From Octopus sinensis (lineage: Eukaryota), in the NCBI RefSeq assembly GCF_006345805.1, contig NW_021824013.1:1-21293 (forward strand): a DNA stretch of 21,293 nt. Reading direction: 5' to 3'. Under the pieces are notes generated by a model. The model did not search any database, was not told the origin of the DNA, and worked only from the letters and a program-made list of their open reading frames with translations. Shown one piece after another: positions 1 to 9,569 of the stretch (position 1 is its first letter; every line of letters starts with the position of its first letter). A program made the translations under genes and the position numbers.

Positions 1-360
1 AGATTTGCTCATTGAAACTGATAAAATGTGGCATCTGGAGACGGTTACGATACCAGTGATTGTAGAAGCACTTGGAATGATAAAAAAAAAAAGAAACTAG
101 AAGTCATATGAGAATGAATCTCGGTTTACCACCCCCCGCACGAAGAACAAAAGCTTGTATTAACTGGTCCGTGACACGCATTGAGACGAGCATTGTCGAT
201 GTGAGAACGATTTTTTGTTCACATAAATTCATTTCATTTTGAAAATGAAGAATCTGGTGCGTTTCACTTCTTGGCCTATCAATGTATAACAGTGAATTTC
301 TTTGCCCTAGGAGTCGGGAAGGCAATCGGCAAGAAATGGAAACAAAATCGAAAGAAGAAA
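1..360 (+). mobile_element. 3' end (endonuclease C-terminus + 3' UTR) of a decayed R4/Dong-like non-LTR retrotransposon
   Basis: Manual translation from base 2 gives DLLIETDKMWHLETVTIPVIVEALGMIKK; after a frameshift EEQKLVLTGP*HALRRALSM* (stop 202-204). This matches the C-terminal pattern of R4-clade REL ORFs (DL.IE...W....IPVIVGALG...QK..L.GT...LR..L) and the homologous segment at 6900-7106. Runs into (TAG)n at 364. Confidence 0.85.
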
Positions 361-363
361 AAC

Positions 364-439
364 TAGTAGTAGTAGTAGTAGTAGTAGTATAGCAGTAGTA
401 GTAGTAGTAGTGGTGGTTGGTGGTGGTGGTGGTGGTGGT
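364..439. repeat. compound microsatellite (TAG)n-(TGG)n
   Basis: Directly visible. Confidence 0.97.
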
Positions 440-477
440 TACAAAGAAAATCGGTTGCTCTTTCACATTCACTCTTT

Positions 478-605
478 CAGGATTACTGAAACAAGAACAA
501 AAACGAAAACCAAACTAAAGAATTTGGTCTGCAAAACCCCAGAAAATAAAAGATCGAAAAGATACGTCGATCTTTAACGAAATCGATAGCGAAAAATATA
601 CAAAT

Positions 606-649
<44 letters not shown>

Positions 650-1125
650 AGGAAGGAAACAAAGAAAGAAAGAGGCTTAGTAGAGAAATGTAATGGAACC
701 AAAAAGTGAAGTCGTATCCGAAATCAAAGAACGCCTGAAATAAGATATTCTCGCCCAAATCACAAAGAATCAGTTGTTATGAAAAGCGTCAGTGATTCTT
801 TGTATAAAACAAGCCCCAGACGATTTTATCTGGAACTAAGCGAAAGTAAAATAGAAATCAATGCAAAACAAACATTAAGAAAAAGTTGAAGAATTCTTTG
901 GAGGAACTTGGTCTGCGACGGAATGGCCATTGACGAGATACTGTAAAACAACGAACTCAACTAATGAAGAATCGCAAAAGACTAAATCAAATCCAAGAAC
1001 TAACGAGGAAATGCTACAAAAAATGGACGCCTGGAAGGCACTAAGAAATGGTAAAGTCTAAAAGAAATGGTTGAGTTATTTGACAGATAATGTGCTGGCA
1101 AAATTATTTAATAAGCTTGGAATGG
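478..1125 (+). mobile_element. internal pre-RT fragment of an R4/Dong-like LINE, heavily decayed
   Basis: Frameshifted peptides EIKERLK*DILA, KSQRISCYEKRQ*FFV*NK, KTSPRRFYLEL, KWTPG and WLSYLTDNVLAKLFNKL follow the order of the region upstream of RT in this clade; a homologous region is on the minus strand at ~10450-10800. Confidence 0.7.
607..672. repeat. (GAAA)n microsatellite inside the LINE fragment
   Basis: Directly visible. Confidence 0.95.
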
Positions 1126-1329
1126 AGTTTGGGTGAAGCCTTGTCTATTATTTAATTAGACAGAATCTTGTTAAGGCCGTAACAAGGCGAAATGAAATGC
1201 CAAAATATTTCTTCGATATTTCGAAGGATAGGACAGCTTCGTGAGGACCCGTGGGAAATGGGAGACAGAGATGAACTATTATCATCACAGGAAATGGGTC
1301 TGGAAAAATCTTTAATGAACGCCTCTCGT

Positions 1330-1350
1330 GCATGTACATATATATATACA

Positions 1351-1428
<78 letters not shown>

Positions 1429-1475
1429 TATATATATTTATATATGTTTGTATATGTTATATATATATATTATAT
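1330..1475. repeat. (AT)n microsatellite
   Basis: Directly visible; source of several spurious YI/IY ORFs. Confidence 0.97.
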
Positions 1476-2620
1476 CTGTATGTGTGTGCGTCTTTCTGCC
1501 ATCATTTTCCCCTGCCACCACTTGACAACCGATGTTAGTGTGTTTGCATCCCAGTAAGTAGCGGTTCGGCAAAAGAGACCGATGGAATAAGTGACAGGCA
1601 TAAAATAGAAGTACTTAGATCGAATCATTTGACTAAAAATTCTTCAAGGCGGTAACCCCAGCATGGCCTCAGTCTTCTGACTGAAGCAAGTAAAAGAAAA
1701 GGATAACTATCCAATATGGCGGTTGTCATTAAGGACGGTGCTGCGTGTTTGAGGGAGATCTGTTTTTAGCAGCTGGAGAGGCCATGCAAAGGTTCATTCG
1801 TTGACACATATTTCGGTGGAGCATCAACACAGAGTAATATGTGTTCGTAACTGGGAGACGAATACCGCAACGCGAGTCATTGAGTGCATGTCAATGTCTC
1901 ACAGTCATCGTAGTCTACAATGTTTCAGATGTATCCTAGGTGAACATGGACAGACAAATGTGATCTAATGATCACTGGTCAAAAACAGTAACGACATTTT
2001 GATAAGATGAAACATTCCACCATTCACCAAAATGGCTGCGCTTCCGCTACATTATACCGTGTAATATTACACATATCCGTTTACAGATGAAAACTTTAAA
2101 CAAGCTCTAATTGATATATAAATCATCTCCGTTTCTTGAATAACCGATAACACGTGATTATAAAATATAAAACAAAATAAAATTTAAAAGACAAAGAGAA
2201 ATACTATATAAGAAGTAAATAAACAAATTACGTTTCAATATTGCGGATGTTATCAATATTTTAAAGACAACACTCTAGTACGGCGCCTTGTTAAAGTCAT
2301 TCAATGAGATTCTCTTGGGGTTTCACCGTGTGAAATAGTTTTTTTAACGAATTAATCAAAATATTTCTGACATTATCAGAGGAAAGACTCTATAAATGTT
2401 TTTTTTTTTGATACACGGAATGCTTAAATTAAACTGGCGCGTTGACTTACATCTACACACGCCTATACACACTTATACCTATGCAGGCATTTATTGCAGG
2501 TATATAAAATACATACATAAATATATATATACACACCACACCAACACACACACACACACACACAACCACACACACACACACATATATATATATATCTATA
2601 TGCATATGTATATATATATA
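1475..2620 (+). repeat. tandem duplication, copy 1 (~1.15 kb)
   Basis: Colinear near-identity with 2621-3785 (offset ~1146). Confidence 0.95.
1490..1705 (+). mobile_element. SINE family B, 3' half
   Basis: cttgacaaccgatg...agcggttcggcaaaagagaccgat..aataagt...ggcggtaaccccagcatggcctcagtc..tgactgaagcaagtaaaaga. The reverse complement of its 3' part recurs at 13858-13940. Recognised from memory as an abundant Octopus SINE tail. Confidence 0.75.
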
Positions 2621-3728
2621 TCTGTAGTGGTCGTCTTTCTGCCATCATTTTCCCCCCTGCCACCACTTGACACCCGATTTTAGTGTGTTTGCATCCCAGT
2701 AAGTAGCGGTTCGGCCAAAGAGACCGATGGAATAAGTGACAGGCATAAAATAGAAGTACTTAGATCGAATCATTTGACTAAAAATTCTTCAAGGCGGTAA
2801 ACCCAGCATGGCCTCAGTCTTCTGACTGAAGCAAGTAAAAGAAAAGGATAACTATCCAATATGGCGGTTGTCATAAGGACGGTGCTGCGTGTTTGAGGGA
2901 GATCTGTTTTTTTTTTAGCAGCTGGAGAAGGCCATGCAAAGGTTTTCATTCGTTTACACATTTTCGGTGGAGCATCACCCAGAGTAATATGTGTTCGTAA
3001 CTGGGAGACAATACCGCAACGCGAGTCATTGAGTGCATGTCAACTGTCTCACAGTCATCGTAGTCTACAATGTTTCAGATGTCTCCTAGGTGAACATGGA
3101 CAGACAAATGTGATCTAATGATCACTGGTCAAAAACAGTAACGAACATTTTGATAAGATGAAACATTCCACCATTCACCACACAAAAGGCTGCGCTTTTC
3201 CGCTACATTATACCGTGTAATATTACACATATCCGTTTACAGATGAAAACTTTAAACAAGCTCTAATTGATATCTATAATCATCTCCGTTTCTTCTTGAA
3301 ACCGATAACACGTGATTATAAAATATAACAAAATAAAATTTTTTAAAAGACAAAGAGAAATACTATATAAGAAGTAAATAAACAATTACGTTTCAATATG
3401 GCGGATGTTATCAATATTTTAAAGACAACACTCTAGTACGGAGGGGGGGCCTTGTTAAGTCATTCAATGAGATTCTCTTGGGGTTTCATCCGTGTGAAAT
3501 AGTTTTTTTTAACGAATTAATCAAAATATTTCTGACATTATCAGAGGAAAGACTCTATAAATGTTTTTTTTTTTGATACACGGAATGGCTTAAATTAAAC
3601 TGGCGCGTTGACTTACATCTACACACGCCTATACACACTTATACCTATGCAGGCATTTATTGCAGGTATATAAAATACATACATAAATATATATATACAC
3701 ACACACACTCACACACACACACACACAC

Positions 3729-3766
<38 letters not shown>

Positions 3767-3773
3767 GCATATG

Positions 3774-3785
<12 letters not shown>
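2621..3785 (+). repeat. tandem duplication, copy 2
   Basis: Near-identical to 1475-2620; differences are mostly short indels in homopolymers. Confidence 0.95.
2633..2850 (+). mobile_element. SINE family B, 3' half (duplicate of 1490-1705)
   Basis: Same sequence as 1490-1705, within the duplication. Confidence 0.75.
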
Positions 3786-3811
<26 letters not shown>

Positions 3812-4122
3812 CATATGTATATATATTTATACTGTACGGGTATACACACACGCACAACGTACAAACACAGGCATATATGTACAACCATACGGATATCTGT
3901 GTATATATATATACGCATATATGCATAGTTACTCACACACGCACATACACGTACATACTCGTGTATACATGGATGTACACACGCATGTGTATCTGAGTCT
4001 ATAACAGTGTGTGTATATAGAGAGATTTCTCAACGTGGGGCAGCTCATTAGGTGTATTTGTAGTAGTCATTATATACATGCCATTCCACATGTGTAGTCA
4101 TGTACCTGAGTACATATATATG

Positions 4123-4155
<33 letters not shown>

Positions 4156-4326
4156 ATGTGTGTGTATGTGTGGCTGTTTAGCTGTGTGTGTGTGAGCGTG
4201 TATGTGTGATGTTGTCTGGCTCAGTGTCTATAAGGGCGTGATTTATTAATGACAATAAAATTCAAGTTTTAAATTTGAACAACAATAGAAACTGACACAA
4301 ACACACAGACACACATACACACACAA

Positions 4327-4391
<65 letters not shown>

Positions 4392-4488
4392 ACAGATATT
4401 TGTATCTGTATGTATGTATATGTGTATACTGTCATACAAATATGTGTTTGAGCGTGTGTTTGCGCGTGAGTGTTTGATTCTACTCTCG

Positions 4489-4523
<35 letters not shown>

Positions 4524-4665
4524 GTTCTATATATATTGCGTATATAACATATACGTACACACATACAAACACATATCTCTGTCTATCTATATATATATAT
4601 ATATATATACAACACACACGCACATGCTCATACGCATGCACACACACATATGTAGAAAGAGAGCG
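3685..4665. repeat. mosaic of (CA)n/(TG)n/(AT)n microsatellites with short unique spacers
   Basis: Directly visible. Confidence 0.9.
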
Positions 4666-4824
4666 GGAGAGAGTCGACTAAGTTCACCTCAGAAACAAAC
4701 ACAAATGCATCTTCTCTCTTATTCTATAACACACAATCACGAACACACACACACACACACACACGCAGACAAAAACACACACATGCACATACATATAGAA
4801 ACCGATCGAAACACACCACATTCT

Positions 4825-4857
4825 CCGCCGCCGCCGCCGCCGCCGCCACCACCACCA
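4825..4857. repeat. (CCG)7(CCA)4 microsatellite in a small CpG-rich patch
   Basis: Directly visible; the only CCG run in the window. Confidence 0.95.
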
Positions 4858-5579
4858 GGCCTGATGAGGGAGTGGTTGCGATGTGGGCGGTGATGATATT
4901 GTCGATAACTGTTCTGTTGCGTTGGTCGTAGAAAGCGATGGTGTCAGAGGTCGGCGGTAGTGGTGAAGATGGCGAGTGCTTGCCTCTTATGATTGTCAGC
5001 AGTAGCAGTAGCCGTGGTAGTAGATGAAAGCAGGCACGAACACCCACCCACCCACACACTCACTCACACACACATACATACATACATATATACATACAGC
5101 TACGCACACACACACCAACCACGTCCACGAAGATTTAACATTCGCATATAACAGTCCCATCAAATAGAGACAAACATTGACAAATACAAGAATTCCAACA
5201 CAATCTCATTAAATTATAATCAAACACACAACATATAGAGAGACAACATATATATATATAGAATAGATATACACATATCTACATAGAGCATATAAGCACA
5301 AATACAAAAACGCTCACGTACGTTCATATAAGCACATTATGTAACGACGTACGCATCACATACCTTTGTGTATAGACACATGTTTGTTGTGTGTCGGTGG
5401 GGGGGAGACACATACGTAAGCGATAGCAAACATATTCGTAGACTCGTATAAATATGGAGGCATTTATAGAGAGGTATATACAGGTGGTGGTGGTGGTGGT
5501 TGCGCCAGCACCGGTGGCGCAAGTGGTGGCGCTAATGGATGTAATGACAGTGGTGGTGATGGTCTGTTTTCCTTTAATG

Positions 5580-5682
<103 letters not shown>

Positions 5683-5873
5683 GGTGGTGAGCTGGCAGAA
5701 TCGTTAGCACGTTGAACGAAATGCTTAGCGGTATTTCGTCTGCCGTTACGTTGTGAGTTCAAATTCCGCCGAGGTCGACTTTGCCTTTCATCCTTTCGGG
5801 ATCGATAAATTAAGTACCAGTGAAACGCTGGGGTCGATGTAAATGACTTAATAACTATGTCTGTCCTTGTTTG
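5683..5873 (+). mobile_element. tRNA-derived SINE family A, 3'-truncated
   Basis: Pol III box A-like TGGCAGAATCGTTAGCA (5693-5709), box B GAGTTCAAATTCC (5755-5767), body GCCTTTCATCCTTTCGGGATCGATAAATTAAGTACCAG (resembles the MetaSINE/MESC-type core from memory); homologous inverted copy at 8448-8648. Confidence 0.85.
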
Positions 5874-5875
5874 AA

Positions 5876-7285
5876 ATAGAGAATCCGGAGAATGCGTGAT
5901 GTCTTGAAAAGAGAGCTCAACTGGATGAATAGAATATTTGCTATAAACAGTGTTGCAATTTCGGTTGTCACATTTAGTTGCAAACATTATAAATTGGAAC
6001 ATTGGTAAATTAAGGAAGATGGACAGCAAAATCAGGAAACGTCTGAACTGTAATGAACTACATCACACAAAAACAGATGTGAGTGGCGTCTCTCTCTCCC
6101 GAGGCGATCTGGACGTTGAGGAACGATCCAGTTTGAGTTGTCATGTAAAATATCAACCATTTGACTAGAACAATTCCTTAAAACTACAAATGACTGGATA
6201 CTGAAAATAGCTGCAGAACATAAAAGGAAGAGATATTTGCATTCAAGCACGAAATAAATTAAGATGTTTGCAGAAGAATTAGGAATTCGTAACAAAAAAT
6301 TTGAGAATTACGGTGATTCTGCAATTAAGACTGCAAGGAACATCAAAAGACCAACTGAAACTGTGCGCTAAATGGGAAGAAAAACGACCGAAGAGGCTGC
6401 ATATTCTCTGTAGCATAGAACCTGATGCAGATCAAACTTACTTCTATCAGTGGCTGCGGGATTCTGGGCTAAAAGCAGAGATTGAGGGCTTTATTTTGTT
6501 CCTCAACCTGCAATAATGAAACCAATATGATCAAAAATGGAACTGACTCAAAGTCTCTTTTTTTGCGATGAGTAGGCTGAGACCATTGGTCACCTTCTCT
6601 CTGGGTGCAAACTATAACCTGTCTAGAGTAGAGCAATATTTACATTGGATAATCTACAGGTCTTCTGGCATAAAGATGCAAGAACAAATAGTGCTGGCAT
6701 CACCAAGATGCAGTAACAGCAGACGAGGATGTGACAATCTTTTGGGATTTTTCGTGGGAACACCGACGAAAGGATCAAAACCAATAGACCGGATCTAAAT
6801 GTGAAGGACTGTAAAAAGAAAACATGTCTTTTAACTGACATGAGCATACAATTTGGTTTTTAAATTTGCCGGAAAGAGTCCCGAAAGTTTAGTATATATT
6901 AAGATATGACAATTGAAATTGAGAAACTATGGCTTGCTAAGGCTTGTGTAATACCAGTGATTGTAGGTGCACTTGGAAAGATGGAAAATGGAACAGAAAA
7001 CTATTTGGACCAAATACCTGCAAAGCAATTCCTGCAAAAGATAAAGAATATTTTCTTTATCTTGAATGGTACTGTACGTGACTTGAGAAGGGTATTATCA
7101 ATTTAAATTCCTTCAAAGATATTTTCTGTTTTGTTTATACCCCTATGGGGACAGTTGTAAACCAACTGATCGTTAAATTTGTGCATTACCAAATTTTGCT
7201 GCAGGTATCAGGGTGACAGCCGTCAAGATATGAGAAAGCTGCAGAATTCAAAGAAATTTGCAGATACGAAAAACAACAAGAATAA
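5876..7285 (+). mobile_element. 3' portion of an R4/Dong-like LINE (post-RT region, CCHC knuckle, REL endonuclease, 3' UTR), pseudogenised
   Basis: RRMRDVLKRELNWMNRIFAINSVAI / NIINWNIGKLRKMDSKIRKRLNCNELHHTKTDV; QWLRDSGLKAEIEGFIL; FCDE*AETIGHLLSGC (knuckle remnant); NRPDLNVKDCKKKTCLLTDMSI (PD..D REL motif, 6789-6839); IEIEKLWLAKACVIPVIVGALG...GTVRDLRRVLSI* (stop 7104-7106). Multiple stops and frameshifts. Confidence 0.92.
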
Positions 7286-7298
7286 CAGCATGAGCTAC

Positions 7299-7441
7299 AA
7301 GAAGAAGAAGAAGAAGAAGAAGAAGAAGAAGAAGAAGAAGAAGAAGAAGAAGAAGAAGAAAAAGAAGGAGAAGAAAAAGAAGATGAAGATGATGAAGAAG
7401 AAGAAGAACAACAACAACAACAATAGCAATAACAACAACAA
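7299..7441. repeat. compound microsatellite (AAG)n-(ATG/AAG)-(AAC)n
   Basis: Directly visible, immediately 3' of the LINE. Confidence 0.97.
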
Positions 7442-8034
7442 AAAACTGTAGCAACAATAGCGAAATAATACCTGTAGCCAGTAATAAATGCTACCCTACT
7501 ATTACATAATATATTCTAGTCCTCGGTACACTTTGCCTGATTGCAAGGAAAGCTGATCACGCCAGAGATGGAGAATTTATTGCAATAGATAAGGTGAATC
7601 AGAGATGACCTAGGGCTAAAGAACAAGGACAGCCATACATAGATGGTAGAAGCCAAGAACTTAAGATTGATATCCCAGATAGAAGGTTCCTCTTGAGGTA
7701 ATGTCTTCGGCACTTCCTCGAGAAGGCTGCCAAAAATACCACCGCAAACCGAATAACAACAACAACAACAAACAACACATCCAACCAGCCACCACCCCGA
7801 CTCCGACATCCTACCACCCAGCCAATACCGCAAGCTATTTTTACTAATTAAGATTTCTTCATTTATTATTATTTTTTTTGCATTTTTTGTATTATTTTTT
7901 TCATTTATTTAAAAAAAAGTTTTTTTATTTTATATTTGTTGGAAATTCTTCTAAATTCCCTCTTTAATATAATTAATGTGACCATATCTCTTTCGGCTGG
8001 CATTGCAATAAATTTAGCCAATTAGAACTAATTT

Positions 8035-8385
8035 AATGAACAACAACAACCACTATAACAACAACAATAACAACAATAACAACAAATCTAACAACAACAA
8101 CAGCAACAACAACATCGAAAAAACAAGACAAAAACAAACAGCTAATGACCTCAACATTATAATCTTATAAACTAATCAGCGAATTATCATCATTATTATT
8201 ATCATTGTCATTAGTAGTAGTAGTAGTAGTAGTATAGTAGTAGTAGTAGTAGTAGTAGTAGTTGTAATGATTTTGCTGTTATCATTAATATTATTGTTGT
8301 TTTTTTTATTTCCAGCACTTGATTTCTTTTTCTTTAGTGGATAAACCAAGTAATTTAAATAATAATAATAATAATAATGATAATC

Positions 8386-8447
<62 letters not shown>
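8035..8447. repeat. degenerate (AAC)n, (TAG)n and pure (AAT)n tracts
   Basis: Directly visible; (AAT)n ~8357-8447. Confidence 0.93.
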
Positions 8448-8648
8448 CGTTTCTGCTATAGGCACAAGGCCTGAAAGTTTTGGTGGATTACATCAGCCCC
8501 AGTGCGTAACTGGTACTTATTTTATCGACCACGAAAGGATGAAAGGCAAATTCGACCTCGGTTGAATTTGAACTCAGAACACGAAGAAGGTCGAAATACC
8601 ACTAAGCATTTCGCGCGGTGTTCTAACGATTCTACCAACTTGTCACCT
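8448..8648 (-). mobile_element. tRNA-derived SINE family A, apparently full length
   Basis: Minus strand: box A-like TGGTAGAATCGTTAGAA (8637-8621), box B GAGTTCAAATT (8575-8565), core GCCTTTCATCCTTTCGTGGTCGATAAAATAAGTACCAG, ending in (ATT)n; aligns with 5683-5850. Confidence 0.88.
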
Positions 8649-8649
8649 G

Positions 8650-8660
8650 TAATAATAATG

Positions 8661-8729
<69 letters not shown>

Positions 8730-8731
8730 GC

Positions 8732-8802
<71 letters not shown>

Positions 8803-8804
8803 TG

Positions 8805-8853
<49 letters not shown>
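8650..8853. repeat. (AAT)n microsatellite, ~200 bp
   Basis: Directly visible. Confidence 0.98.
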
Positions 8854-8854
<1 letters not shown>

Positions 8855-9171
8855 AAAGATTTCATTTATTTTCCACATGGATGAAGGATGAAGGAGAAAA
8901 TACAAAGACAGACATAAGGTGGGGGTTACATATACTGAGATGATAAAATAAAAATAATAATAACAACAACAACAACAAGACAAGATGAACAACAATACGA
9001 AAAAGAACAATAACAATCTCAAAAACTGCAACAATAAATATAATTAAAATTTGGATTTTTTGTTATTGATTAACATATTAATTAGTTATCTATTTGTTTA
9101 TTTCCTACAATAATTAATGAGGAAAGTTGTATTTGCCTGAGTTTGTAGAGTGGTATGTGCACGCTTTGTTA

Positions 9172-9327
9172 GGTGCAGGCGCGGCTGTGTGGTAAGAAGC
9201 TTGTTTCCCAACCATCTGGTTCCGAGTTCAGTCGCACTGCGCGGCACCTTCGGCAGGGATCGCCAACAATAACCTCTGGCAGACCAAACCTTTGCGAATG
9301 GATTTGATAGACAAAAACCAGTCGTAT
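9172..9327 (+). mobile_element. tRNA-derived SINE family B, 5' half (head + CORE-like body)
   Basis: Box A-like GGCTGTGTGGTAAG, box B-like GAGTTCAGTCG (9224-9234), then GGCACCTTCGGCAG (CORE-SINE-like CCTTGGGCAAG, from memory); homologous minus-strand copies at 12543-12637 and 13945-13992; runs into (CA)/(TA)n. Confidence 0.8.
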
Positions 9328-9420
9328 ACACACATAAACACACACACACACACTTACACACACACACATATATGTCTGCCTGTATGTATGTATGTATGTA
9401 TATGTATATATATATATATA
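9328..9420. repeat. (CA)n/(TATG)n/(TA)n microsatellite
   Basis: Directly visible. Confidence 0.95.
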
Positions 9421-9422
9421 AA

Positions 9423-9465
9423 CAGTAATCCCTCGCCATATCGCGGTTCACCTATTGCGGCTTAT
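9423..9465 (+). mobile_element. possible left terminus (TIR) of a Tc1/mariner-pogo/Tigger-like DNA transposon
   Basis: CAGTAATCCCTCGCCATATCGCGGTTCAC resembles the CAGT...CCCTCG...ATCGCGG termini of Tigger-like elements (recall), next to a (TA)n run. No matching right TIR found in the window. Confidence 0.4.
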
Positions 9466-9569
9466 TTGAGCTTACATAAATTCCTCTGTGGTGTCGTTTT
9501 GCATTCATAATGAAATAAATATATACAAATTATGAAAATAATAAAAGATAAATATAGAGTACACTACTA

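Noticed and set aside
1148-1330. Short open frames between the LINE fragment and the (AT)n tract
   Set aside because: No recognisable homology; at most a faint resemblance to the SINE B body.
5693-9240. tRNA genes suggested by box A / box B motifs
   Set aside because: They continue into SINE bodies, recur as diverged copies and lack a full cloverleaf.
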